From a virus, in IMG/VR virus record IMGVR_UViG_3300048818_000230, positions 1 through 64,000 of that record: DNA of 64,000 bases. The stretch is one strand, 5' to 3'. Position numbers and translations under genes: made by a program. This document shows, piece by piece, positions 44,378-52,633 of the stretch. The notes below the pieces were generated by a model. That model had not been told where the DNA came from. It was given only the letters and a program-made list of their open reading frames with translations, and ran no database searches. Every line of letters begins with the position of its first letter. Position 1 is the first letter of the stretch.

Positions 44378-44529
44378 CCGGTGTTCCTACTCAGTGTCTG
44401 TACGGATCTCGCGTAGGAGGATCTCGCGTAGAACGCGAGCAGCTCTTGCGACTGCTTCATTGTTTGTAGATCGGCCGCGGTGTAGCTTTCCATCATGAGC
44501 AGCAGCGGGGGTTTGAATTCGTCGCTCAT
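44374..44529 (-). CDS. 51-aa protein (below ORF-track cutoff)
   Basis: Manual translation MSDEFKPPLLLMMESYTAADLQTMKQSQELLAFYARSSYARSVQTLSRNTG. ATGA overlaps at both ends. Confidence 0.35.
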   Translation of the reverse strand: MSDEFKPPLLLMMESYTAADLQTMKQSQELLAFYARSSYARSVQTLSRNTG

Positions 44530-44774
44530 TCAGTCACGTCGATCTTGTGGAGCTGCAGCGGATACCAGTAGCTACCCCCGTCACCGGCGAGAGCAATCGT
44601 CGTCGTGCCCTCGGAGTCTTCCTTCATATATTGCTCCTCGAGGATTGGGCGTTCATTCGCCATCGCGGCTTCTCTGAATGCCTCACGGGCTTTCTGCTCG
44701 TCCGCGTCCCCTAGGACGGTAGACGGCTCATTGCACTCGAGACAGCCGACATCTAGGAGTACGTAGTAGCTCAT
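44526..44774 (-). CDS. hypothetical protein
   Basis: 82-aa ORF, ATGA-coupled to the JAB gene. Confidence 0.45.
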   Translation of the reverse strand: MSYYVLLDVGCLECNEPSTVLGDADEQKAREAFREAAMANERPILEEQYMKEDSEGTTTIALAGDGGSYWYPLQLHKIDVTE

Positions 44775-45175
44775 CCGGTCACGATTTCTACTTCTGCAAA
44801 GAGGCGTCCAATCCAGAGAACCTTATGGTCAACAATCCCATATGCGCGTATCTGTGGTCTCTTGCCGAGGCCGATGATCACGTAGAGCAGATCTGGATCG
44901 AACGCTAGTCGAAGATCGACCTCAGACGGGTAGGGCTCGCTCACCGGATGCGAATGGTAGACGGCGCCGATAGACGATCCACTCTCGGCGTAGATCTGGA
45001 ACTGTTCTTGGGCGCTGATCTCGTATTCGTGTTCCTTGTCGGCCGCAGAATTCGTCGCTCGATAGACCTTCGCCGGCTCTCCGTTCTCGAAGGCGATCAT
45101 CCCGCAAGCCTCGCGTGGAGATTCCTCGAGCGCATGCTCGATCAACTCGTCGAAGAGCGCGCGAGAGATCCTCAT
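44771..45175 (-). CDS. JAB/MPN (JAMM) metalloprotease-domain protein
   Basis: ESPREACG (Glu) and AVYHSHPVSEPYPSEVD (HxHx7Sx2D JAMM motif). Confidence 0.8.
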   Translation of the reverse strand: MRISRALFDELIEHALEESPREACGMIAFENGEPAKVYRATNSAADKEHEYEISAQEQFQIYAESGSSIGAVYHSHPVSEPYPSEVDLRLAFDPDLLYVIIGLGKRPQIRAYGIVDHKVLWIGRLFAEVEIVTG

Positions 45176-45378
45176 GCGATCTCAGCCCACCAATCCTGTC
45201 GCGGCCCATAGCCGGTACCGTGCACCAAATAGTTTCCGACGCCCTCTCCAACGTCGTAGAAAAAGGTCACGTATTTCTCGTACCAACCATTTGGGCGCGG
45301 CTCCCACAGCGAAACGACGAGAACGCATTTCAAGTCAGAGCTGATGATCGCGTGGCCTACTGACCGATCGCTCACCAC
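45172..45378 (-). CDS. hypothetical protein
   Basis: 68-aa ORF, ATGA-coupled. Confidence 0.4.
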   Translation of the reverse strand: MVSDRSVGHAIISSDLKCVLVVSLWEPRPNGWYEKYVTFFYDVGEGVGNYLVHGTGYGPRQDWWAEIA

Positions 45379-45421
45379 CGATACTCCTTCCCGCGCACGA
45401 TGATGCTGCCGGAGTTGAGCT

Positions 45422-45952
45422 TCATGCCGAGGATCCTACGTGGATTGGCATATCGGCTAGGCGTTCAGTGCGGCGCGCGTAGTGGTAGAGGTCTCGATGT
45501 TTATCGCTGCAGTAGCGTCGGTTGCGGTAGCCCTCGATGATCAACGCACCGCAGTAACGACACAAGACTTCGAGCCCAGCAGGTCTCGCGCCTAGGCGCG
45601 TCGGAGCCTCATGGATGGCTTCGATGATCGACACAGGAACATCGTAGTAGGCCGCGAGATCGTCTGTGGATGATGGCGATGCTCTACGGATTGCTGGCCT
45701 GAGATTGTGTCGGCGGTTATCTAGTTTGTCGCGATTGACGTGATCGACCTCACGGGTGTCTGCCGCATCAAGTCTCAAGACTGCATGATGGAGGTATACA
45801 TTCCGGTTGTTTTCTGCCGTTGGTGTGCTGCGCTGTACGTAGCCACCGCTATGTTGACGCCAGCGGAACAACGCGAGATTCGCGTCCTCGTCATCGATCA
45901 CCGCGTAGGCTCTGATCGAACCATCCTGTTTTCTCAAAGGTAGGTAGATCAC
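45422..45952 (-). CDS. HNH endonuclease with C-terminal zinc-ribbon-like tail
   Basis: EVDHVNRDKLDNRRHNLR; CRYCGALIIEGYRNRRYCSDKH. Paralog of 7384..7812. Confidence 0.75.
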   Translation of the reverse strand: MIYLPLRKQDGSIRAYAVIDDEDANLALFRWRQHSGGYVQRSTPTAENNRNVYLHHAVLRLDAADTREVDHVNRDKLDNRRHNLRPAIRRASPSSTDDLAAYYDVPVSIIEAIHEAPTRLGARPAGLEVLCRYCGALIIEGYRNRRYCSDKHRDLYHYARRTERLADMPIHVGSSA

Positions 45953-47229
45953 GGCTCGACTTCTGCCTCACTGCCGAGCTGAGCTAGCAGGTCTCGCTCG
46001 CGCTGGGTAAGGTGTTTGAAGCGTTCCTCGTCCGGTAGCATGATTGGTTCGCTCATCGGATTGACTTCTCTGTCGATGAGAGCTCCGAGTTGTTCAGCTG
46101 CCTGGGTATGCGGCTTGTGGTGCACATAAATCATAGTTGTTGACACAGAAGCGTGTCCCGCATAAGCCATGACATCGCTTAGCGGCCAGATTTGAACCCA
46201 CATACAAATTGCCGTGTGGCGCAAATCGTGGAAGCGTAGCCGACGTAGCCCTGCTCTCTCGGCTGCACCGAGGTAGCGTTTGTAGAGTGCTGAGCCGTCG
46301 ATCACGCCGCCTACAGGATTGCAGAAGACGAGCCAGTCTACCTCCGTGAAATACTCTCGACGCGAAAGGTTCTCGAGCGCCTGGGCAGCTTGAGGAACGA
46401 GCGGAACGGATCTCCCTCGGCCAGACTTTGTACGCCCGAAGCTACCCTCGTCCGTGTAGCCGCCGCGCACGAAGATCGTCGACTTGACGAAGTCGATGTC
46501 GCGCCAGCGCAAAGCACGGAGCTCAGAGCGCCGCAGGCCGGCCAGAGCAGCCACGAGATAGATCGCGGCGTCCTGCTCATCGGCAGCAGCGCGCGCAAGA
46601 GCCAAGACCTCAGCCGGCGAGTAGACATCGATGTGCGATTGAGGCTTGATCCTCGAGTGCTCGAACTCCACAGTCGGATCCGGCCCGGAATATCCTCGCG
46701 CCTTCTTCGCGAACTTGTAGATGCCGACGAGCATCGTCCGGGTCTGGTTCAGCGTCGATGCAGAGAGCTGTGTCGGCTGATCGCCGGGTTTGGCGCCACG
46801 GCGGTAGGCAGGACGGCTGATCATCTCGTTGCGGATCGCCATGATGTCTCTCGGGCCGATCGTACTCAACTGGCGCTCGCCGAGAGCGGGTAGAAGATCG
46901 CGCTCGATGATCGAGGAGTACCTGCGCAGAGTAGAAGCACGAAGACCTTGGTGGCGCTCGAGATAGCCAAGATATTCAGCAGCAGCGACAGAGAAGCTCG
47001 GGTTGGAACCGCGCGAGATATTGGCATACTTGACAAGATTCTTCTCCAGCACTTCGCGAGCCATCGTCGCCGTGAAATATCCCTCCGGCGGCCTTCCGCT
47101 GCCCTTCCATGCCAGACCGATACGTCGCTTCAGATGACCATCGCCGGTTCTTATCTGAAAATACCAAGTCGTCCTCTCCGGCGATCTGAGGAAAATGCTG
47201 CCTGCTAATTGACCTGAACGCTTAGCCAT
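45949..47229 (-). CDS. int: tyrosine recombinase / phage integrase
   Basis: LRRSELRALRWRDID (Arg), RFHDLRHTAI (HxxR), GHASVSTTMIYVH (Tyr). Start taken at MAKRSGQ. Confidence 0.85.
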   Translation of the reverse strand: MAKRSGQLAGSIFLRSPERTTWYFQIRTGDGHLKRRIGLAWKGSGRPPEGYFTATMAREVLEKNLVKYANISRGSNPSFSVAAAEYLGYLERHQGLRASTLRRYSSIIERDLLPALGERQLSTIGPRDIMAIRNEMISRPAYRRGAKPGDQPTQLSASTLNQTRTMLVGIYKFAKKARGYSGPDPTVEFEHSRIKPQSHIDVYSPAEVLALARAAADEQDAAIYLVAALAGLRRSELRALRWRDIDFVKSTIFVRGGYTDEGSFGRTKSGRGRSVPLVPQAAQALENLSRREYFTEVDWLVFCNPVGGVIDGSALYKRYLGAAERAGLRRLRFHDLRHTAICMWVQIWPLSDVMAYAGHASVSTTMIYVHHKPHTQAAEQLGALIDREVNPMSEPIMLPDEERFKHLTQRERDLLAQLGSEAEVEP

Positions 47230-47437
47230 GTGCTTCCCGAGCTTCAGATACAAACGCAACAATCGCGTCCCATTCTTCGCGGATGTAACTGAGTCGTTCT
47301 TCGCCCCCAGCATTCCAGATTAGTTGCAATGTTACGCCGCCGTCGTCGTGTGCGTAAACGGCCAAATCGCCATTATGTACGCCATCTCTCCAGCGTCGTA
47401 TAAGTGCATCACCGGAGCGCTCGATGATCTTAGACAT
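47222..47437 (-). CDS. hypothetical protein
   Basis: 71-aa ORF between the xis-like gene and int. Confidence 0.45.
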   Translation of the reverse strand: MSKIIERSGDALIRRWRDGVHNGDLAVYAHDDGGVTLQLIWNAGGEERLSYIREEWDAIVAFVSEAREAHG

Positions 47438-47612
47438 TCTGTTCTCTCTCCTTTATCCATGCATCGACCGACTCGCGCCGAAAGCGAATGTACCTTCCCA
47501 GCCTCAAATTCGGGATTTCCCCTCGCTTGACCGCACGTTGCACCCAGGAACGGTTCACTCCAAGCAGCTCAGCTACCTCGGGTACGGTCAAGAGGACTTC
47601 GGTCTGAGTCAT
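47430..47612 (-). CDS. xis: excisionase-family HTH protein
   Basis: LLTVPEVAELLGVNRSWVQRAVKRGEIPNLRLGRYIRFRRESVDAWI is a typical HTH_17/Xis fold. Confidence 0.7.
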   Translation of the reverse strand: MTQTEVLLTVPEVAELLGVNRSWVQRAVKRGEIPNLRLGRYIRFRRESVDAWIKEREQNV

Positions 47613-47800
47613 GACGCGGTCGGATGAGGTTGGAAGTCATAATCAGCCAATCTTCTACGCAGTTGCCGCTGTAGTGCGGAGTAGCAGCGCTCGTTTGGAT
47701 GTACCACGTACAGCGACAGCTTGTCGGCGTCAAGCGTCCAAGGTTTCACATCCGAACTGATCGCGTGTCCGCACCCATCACAAAACTCTTTGGCCCTCAC
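47609..47800 (-). CDS. hypothetical Cys-containing protein
   Basis: 63-aa ORF, ATGA-coupled; CDGCGH...C. Confidence 0.4.
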   Translation of the reverse strand: MRAKEFCDGCGHAISSDVKPWTLDADKLSLYVVHPNERCYSALQRQLRRRLADYDFQPHPTAS

Positions 47801-48000
47801 CTCTTCACCGGCCTTCCCGCAATTATCCCGACGCCGCCGATAAGCACCAACACACCAATCGAAGCATGTGCCAACAAACCAATACCGACGATAACAGCGA
47901 CAAGACCAACCATGAAGGCTACGCCGGCGATAGTGTCGCTACGAGATTCGCGCTTCGATGGCATCTCTCGGCCTCCATTGGTGACACTCATGAGCGCCAC
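47797..48000 (-). CDS. small membrane protein
   Basis: Two helices (IAGVAFMVGLVAVIVGIGLLA; VLVLIGGVGIIA). Confidence 0.45.
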   Translation of the reverse strand: MALMSVTNGGREMPSKRESRSDTIAGVAFMVGLVAVIVGIGLLAHASIGVLVLIGGVGIIAGRPVKR

Positions 48001-49046
48001 CGATCACAGATAGTCTGAATTTCAGCCGAATTCACAAAAGCACCTTGGAAACGCACACACGGCGCACCACCCATAGAGAACAGACCGTCACCATTACCCA
48101 AAAGTGCCTCGGCACCATTCTTGTCAAGAGCTACCCTAGAGTCTGTCATCGAACTCACTCGAAAGCAGATCCGTGAAGGGATGTTAGCTTTCAGTAATCC
48201 AGTGAAGATTTGCACTCTAGGTGATTGTGTCGCTAATACAAGATGGATGCCGACAGCGCGAGATTTCTGAGCCAACCGCACGATCAGCGACTCACTCTCC
48301 TTGCGGCTGCTCATCATCAGATCGGCCAGCTCGTCGATTACGACGACGATGTACGGACAAGGTGCGTATCCGGCAGCCTCGAGTTTCGTGTTGAACTCGG
48401 GTAACGAGCGCGCGGAAAACTTCTGCATGACGTCGTAGCGCATCTCCATGAGCTTGACGGTAGAGCGCAGACGAGCAAGCGCCGAGTCGACATCAGTGGC
48501 GATTGGCGCGAGCAACTGACTGATGCCCTCATAAGGCGCCAGCTCGACTTGCTTGGGATCGATCAGCACGAGACCAAGCTCATCGGGACCAAAGCGGCTC
48601 AGAAACGAGCAGAGCATGGCGTTGATCGCGGCACTTTTCCCAGAGCCAGTTTCGCCCAGAATGCCTAGATGCGGCGATTCGGCGAGGTTGCAGAAGATCG
48701 GGTTGCCATCCATATCCGGACCGAGCGGGAAGCTCAGCGGTTCAATCGGTGGCGGCATCGCGGCAAGATGCTCGATCCTGCGGTCGTTGCGTGCAACCTC
48801 GACGCCGATTTCGCCGGCTTTCCCAGCTAGCGGTGCCAGGATCTTCACGCGCGCTCCCAGCGCGAATTCCAGATCGACGCCCATGCGGTTGTACTCGCGC
48901 ATTCGCATCGGGGTAGACGGTTTCAGCTCGAAACGGTCTGACTGCGGCCCTGCAACGGTGCGCAGGAGCTCGCAGGAGCCACCGAGAGCGTCAAGAGCGC
49001 CCAAGAGCACGTCTTCCCTCGATGGTTCCGCGAGAACGGCGCTCAT
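47988..49046 (-). CDS. FtsK/SpoIIIE-family DNA translocase ATPase
   Basis: Walker A LGILGETGSGKSAAINAM, Walker B YIVVVIDELADLMM, HLVLATQSP. Confidence 0.85.
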   Translation of the reverse strand: MSAVLAEPSREDVLLGALDALGGSCELLRTVAGPQSDRFELKPSTPMRMREYNRMGVDLEFALGARVKILAPLAGKAGEIGVEVARNDRRIEHLAAMPPPIEPLSFPLGPDMDGNPIFCNLAESPHLGILGETGSGKSAAINAMLCSFLSRFGPDELGLVLIDPKQVELAPYEGISQLLAPIATDVDSALARLRSTVKLMEMRYDVMQKFSARSLPEFNTKLEAAGYAPCPYIVVVIDELADLMMSSRKESESLIVRLAQKSRAVGIHLVLATQSPRVQIFTGLLKANIPSRICFRVSSMTDSRVALDKNGAEALLGNGDGLFSMGGAPCVRFQGAFVNSAEIQTICDRWRS

Positions 49047-49270
49047 GACGTCTCCGCATTGCGGTTGCGTATACGGAATTCGTAGGTGAAGTGCGGCATT
49101 CCGGCCTCATAGATGAACTTCCATCCCATCGTCTTGTAGATAGCTTGATCGGCGAGCGGGCCGGGAATGGGTAGCAGCGACAGACCGACGATAAAGCGCA
49201 GCGGCTTAGGGATGCGCTTGTCGCGAGCTACGATCTTCGCGGCTCTGATTGCGCGCTTGATCTTGCTCAT
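49043..49270 (-). CDS. hypothetical protein
   Basis: 75-aa ORF, ATGA-coupled. Confidence 0.4.
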   Translation of the reverse strand: MSKIKRAIRAAKIVARDKRIPKPLRFIVGLSLLPIPGPLADQAIYKTMGWKFIYEAGMPHFTYEFRIRNRNAETS

Positions 49271-49506
49271 GCCTCTCTCCTCTCTGCCGGTTCGTACGCG
49301 ACGATGCGAACGGACAATGGGTCGATTCTCTTGCCGTCGACCAAAATCCCAAAGCCGACGAGCGCGGCATCGAGTAGTGCTCTGTGCTCATCAGTCAGAC
49401 CGTTCACGCGGCCATTCTCGATCTCGCGCGCAAGATCCTCGTGGCCGTCATTGCGAAGACGCTCCACAAACTCTGTCACGCTTGGACGGGTAGGTTCTGT
49501 GCTCAT
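49267..49506 (-). CDS. hypothetical protein
   Basis: 79-aa ORF, ATGA-coupled. Confidence 0.4.
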   Translation of the reverse strand: MSTEPTRPSVTEFVERLRNDGHEDLAREIENGRVNGLTDEHRALLDAALVGFGILVDGKRIDPLSVRIVAYEPAERREA

Positions 49507-49829
49507 CGGTTTGTTGCTCGGATCTCGTTCAGCATTGCTCGCTTCTCGTCATCTAGGCGATCCCGGTCGATCTCGAAATACTCGGCCAGAATGCGGTCGA
49601 TTGTCCGGTACGTCGGGTGCCATTCGGTGATTCGGACGACTCCGTCAACGGCGATCGCTCCAAATGGCAGTAACTGCGTGGTCATCGTGAGCGGCGGTTG
49701 AGGCTGATGCAGGATCCTCTCGCGCGGCTTGATCCCGCAAGCGATCATGTCTGCTTGAGCATCTGCTCTCGTCAGCGGAGGCTTTTGCGGCGCTGCTAGG
49801 ACTTCAAGTTTTGGCGTGGCTCGATCCAT
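49503..49829 (-). CDS. hypothetical protein
   Basis: 108-aa ORF downstream of the promoter at 49897-49925. Confidence 0.4.
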   Translation of the reverse strand: MDRATPKLEVLAAPQKPPLTRADAQADMIACGIKPRERILHQPQPPLTMTTQLLPFGAIAVDGVVRITEWHPTYRTIDRILAEYFEIDRDRLDDEKRAMLNEIRATNR

Positions 49830-49896
49830 CGATTGATCGTCTCCATTCGTCTCGTGGGTAGAACGCGGCTAGTCGACCGCGCCAAATCTACTAGCT

Positions 49897-49925
49897 AGCT
49901 TACCGATGCTCGGTAGCTCCGTCAA
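49897..49925 (-). promoter_or_regulatory. promoter TTGACG-N17-TAAGCT followed by AGCTAGTAG
   Basis: Counted on the minus strand. Confidence 0.45.
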
Positions 49926-49958
49926 GTGCTGCGAAAATCCCTGCTATGCCGCGAAGGA

Positions 49959-50093
49959 TCAACCCATGATTCCACTTCTGTAGAGGTCTGCTCGGACGGC
50001 CATCGTCTCACGACGGACCAGGGCAAACTGTTGATCCGTGTTCAGCGGTCGCTTAGGCGGTATCGGCTTGGGTTGCTTCTTGGCTGGCTTCAT
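49959..50093 (-). CDS. 44-aa basic protein (below ORF-track cutoff)
   Basis: Manual translation MKPAKKQPKPIPPKRPLNTDQQFALVRRETMAVRADLYRSGIMG. ATGA overlap upstream. Confidence 0.3.
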   Translation of the reverse strand: MKPAKKQPKPIPPKRPLNTDQQFALVRRETMAVRADLYRSGIMG

Positions 50094-50353
50094 GCGCTTC
50101 TCCCCTCCGGATCACTCGGCAAAATTCCGCCAGGCGCGTTATAGCGTGCTATCAGCTCTTCGCAGAGGGCAGGGAACGCGCGATATAGCGCGTCTGCGTT
50201 ATACGTGTCCGCCTGCCGGAACGCTGCCATAATCAGGGCATAGAACGGCAGATCATCGGAAATCAGTTTGCGCGAGATTTTGTAGTCGTAAAGGCTCACT
50301 GCGTCGTCTCCTCGGCGATCGGCACGTACTTCAAACCCAAAGAGACGTACCAA
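50090..50353 (-). CDS. hypothetical protein
   Basis: 87-aa ORF. Confidence 0.4.
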   Translation of the reverse strand: MVRLFGFEVRADRRGDDAVSLYDYKISRKLISDDLPFYALIMAAFRQADTYNADALYRAFPALCEELIARYNAPGGILPSDPEGRSA

Positions 50354-50522
50354 TGACCGTTGCGGTGCGCTCGTCCAGCACGCCTATGGCGCGTATATAG
50401 CAACTATTTTTGCACGCCTTGGAAAATCTGTGGGCATTGATTGGCGACTCAAACGCCCAAATCTCCGGCTCGGTGTCGTCATTGTCCACAATTACTAGGT
50501 AGACGCTCATTGCTTCGCTCAT
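50331..50522 (-). CDS. hypothetical protein
   Basis: 63-aa ORF. Confidence 0.4.
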   Translation of the reverse strand: MSEAMSVYLVIVDNDDTEPEIWAFESPINAHRFSKACKNSCYIRAIGVLDERTATVIGTSLWV

Positions 50523-50716
50523 CTCTCAGCCTCCTTATCGTGTCGCGCGTAATCGACAAACTGCCGTCTGATCTTGTCCAGCGTCGAGCATTGCCAACCG
50601 GCCGCACAAGATCGAACGGCCATCAGCTCATCATCTGTCATCGTCGGCGCGATCTTGCACGTACATGTGAGACGTGCGTCTAGAATCGCTTGGATTGAGT
50701 CTGTGCGCGCGCTCAT
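50519..50716 (-). CDS. hypothetical Cys-rich protein
   Basis: Internal ATG 50716 overlaps the upstream stop. MSARTDSIQAILDARLTCTCK... Confidence 0.35.
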   Translation of the reverse strand: MSARTDSIQAILDARLTCTCKIAPTMTDDELMAVRSCAAGWQCSTLDKIRRQFVDYARHDKEAER

Positions 50717-50985
50717 GCATGTTTCGGGGTAGTAGGATCGTTCGCTAGCGCTGTGTCGACCATATCGGCGACGATTACGATTGTGTCGGCGTTCCATTCG
50801 TAGTAATCGTCACCCGTTGAATAATTCGGATGATCGGCTACTTGCTTAGCCGGGTAGATCTCCGGGTAGAGGTAGCGATGAATCTTACGCAGCGCCGCTA
50901 GCGCTTTCAATCCGCGCTCGATCTCTTTGTGCTCGGCGTTTGCAAAAGCATTGTCGCTGATCCTCTTACCATAATCGTCAGTCAT
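50713..50985 (-). CDS. hypothetical protein
   Basis: 90-aa ORF, ATGA-coupled. Confidence 0.4.
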   Translation of the reverse strand: MTDDYGKRISDNAFANAEHKEIERGLKALAALRKIHRYLYPEIYPAKQVADHPNYSTGDDYYEWNADTIVIVADMVDTALANDPTTPKHA

Positions 50986-51455
50986 CGTGTCTCCTCTCTC
51001 AGCTCCGCATTCGCTAGGACATATGCCAGCGCGTCCTCGAGACTTTCATGCGTGCAGTGGTAGTAGATTCCATCCTTGGCGGATCGCACGGAGATATGTG
51101 CTTGCACGCTCACGCCTAGTGGCCGCGGCTTATAGATCATGTCGCCATCGCTGCGCTCACAAATCAGCCGGTAGCGTTCCTCCGTCCGTTCCGTATTCTC
51201 GCTCGCGCATAGACCGATCTCGCTATTGCGGCCGATCCCGTCGACCTCATGCGTTTTCAGCCAAGCGCCGCCAGAGAGCCGGTCGGAATTGAAGCGGATC
51301 ACAACGGGTAGACCGTAGGCATCGCGCAGCATCTCTGCGGCGCGCTGTACGGTCGCGTCAAGCTCATCGCTACGGCCGCTATAGCCTCCTCCGACAATCG
51401 CGGGTAGCGTGCCGATGCTCACGACCAGGCCAGCGCTACGTTCGATCTCGCTCAT
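50982..51455 (-). CDS. hypothetical protein
   Basis: 157-aa ORF, ATGA-coupled. Confidence 0.45.
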   Translation of the reverse strand: MSEIERSAGLVVSIGTLPAIVGGGYSGRSDELDATVQRAAEMLRDAYGLPVVIRFNSDRLSGGAWLKTHEVDGIGRNSEIGLCASENTERTEERYRLICERSDGDMIYKPRPLGVSVQAHISVRSAKDGIYYHCTHESLEDALAYVLANAELREETR

Positions 51456-51568
51456 CGCCGCTTGCCCCCGTACTTTTCCGCGCGGGTAGCCTTGCGCTCG
51501 ATAGTCGTCGCTCGTGCATCGCGTGAGCGCTTAGGGTCGGAGGGTTGGTAGTCATTTGTCTTGCGCAT
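51452..51568 (-). CDS. 38-aa basic protein
   Basis: Internal ATG of ORF-track 51452..51745: MRKTNDYQPSDPKRSRDARATTIERKATRAEKYGGKRR. The upstream part is Arg-rich junk. Confidence 0.3.
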   Translation of the reverse strand: MRKTNDYQPSDPKRSRDARATTIERKATRAEKYGGKRR

Positions 51569-51656
51569 AGTCGTGCGCTCCTGTCTCGTCTCATTGCCGC
51601 TCGGTAGTGAGCGGGTGAGAGGATTCGACTCGCGCCAAATCCTCGCATCCGTTCCG

Positions 51657-51911
51657 CTACTTGCCAAATACTGTCTTGGGTACGGGGTCGCCAGTTTTCC
51701 AGCGCGACGTTCCGAACGCATAGAACACCGCGCGCGAGTTTGCATCCTGCGCCAAGCGCGTCCCGCGCTTGACGTTCGCTAGCGCTTCGCCGTGCGTGCT
51801 GTACGGACCGAGCAGGAAACCAGTGCGGCCAGCATCCCGCACGGTCACATAGAACAGGCGCGCTGTAGTTCCTGGAGGGATTGCGCGAGCTCGCTGGACT
51901 AGATCGCTCAT
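51657..51911 (-). CDS. hypothetical protein
   Basis: 84-aa ORF with normal composition. Confidence 0.45.
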   Translation of the reverse strand: MSDLVQRARAIPPGTTARLFYVTVRDAGRTGFLLGPYSTHGEALANVKRGTRLAQDANSRAVFYAFGTSRWKTGDPVPKTVFGK

Positions 51912-52237
51912 CGTGGCACCCCGAATGCTTGGCGCAGCTCGCTTTCGCGCTTAGCGTCGATCTTGCGCGCGCTGAGCAGTCGGCGGCTATGTCCGCCCCA
52001 TTGACGAACTGAGCCATGATCTAGGTCGCGGATGAATCCGTGGCCGAAGTCGGCGCCGTCGACAATCTCCGCCAGGGAAACGCAGCGGTGAGCATTCCAG
52101 CGCGTTACGGCGCCGAGAATCGTCCACTTGCCACTGTAGTTCCAGCCGCGCGGACCATCGGAACGCGCGACGACATCGCCGCTATCAGTCAACAGATAGC
52201 GCGTATGGTCTCGTGTCGTCAGCTCGATCATCGCCAC
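51908..52237 (-). CDS. hypothetical protein
   Basis: 109 aa from GTG 52237. Alternative ATG 52231 overlaps the stop of a 23-codon mini-ORF (52228..52299) that follows the conserved leader. Confidence 0.45.
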   Translation of the reverse strand: MAMIELTTRDHTRYLLTDSGDVVARSDGPRGWNYSGKWTILGAVTRWNAHRCVSLAEIVDGADFGHGFIRDLDHGSVRQWGGHSRRLLSARKIDAKRESELRQAFGVPR

Positions 52238-52323
52238 ACCGCGATGTAGTTCGGTCGCACGATTCGGACTTCCTTGGGTGGTTTTGCTTTTGTGCGCATC
52301 GTCTCGTCTCTCTGTTTGGACTT

Positions 52324-52384
52324 GGCATCGTCAGACGCGGGCAGTCAATCCCGCGCGACGCCGCATAAGCGGCGTTTCGCCTAT
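52324..52384 (-). ncRNA. type II hammerhead ribozyme candidate HH-1 (one extra U after A9)
   Basis: AGGC-GAA-ACGCCGC-UUAU-GCGGCGU-C(52357)-GCGCGGG-AUUGACUG-CCCGCGU-CUGACGA-U-GCC, read on the minus strand. Confidence 0.55.
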
Positions 52385-52554
52385 AGCTCGGTAACGTCTT
52401 CGCGCATATGGCGATTGCGGTAGTTCACGACGGCATCGGCAATCTTGCGATCTTCGAACGTGTCATAAACCACGCTATCGCGGACCACTTCATAGACCCG
52501 ATCGGTGCCAGATACGCGGGCGAATCGCTCCTGTACGTACCACTGGTCGGTCAT
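52381..52554 (-). CDS. 57-aa protein (below ORF-track cutoff)
   Basis: Manual translation MTDQWYVQERFARVSGTDRVYEVVRDSVVYDTFEDRKIADAVVNYRNRHMREDVTEL. Preceded by a 28-codon ORF (52551..52637) with ATGA overlaps. Confidence 0.35.
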   Translation of the reverse strand: MTDQWYVQERFARVSGTDRVYEVVRDSVVYDTFEDRKIADAVVNYRNRHMREDVTEL

Positions 52555-52633
52555 AGCTGCCCCTTTCTATGCTCAGCTTCGCCGAGCGCGTACAGGAGAC
52601 CGCTCAGCGCTTGCAGGATGCGTTTCCGCTTGC

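Noticed and set aside
51569-51656. A fourth hammerhead in the spacer before ATG 51568
   Set aside because: It has the same two-hairpin layout and leader. However, the boxes read CGGAAC and CAAUGAG instead of GAAA and CUGANGA, and there is no GUC-type site between the hairpins. At best it is a decayed copy.
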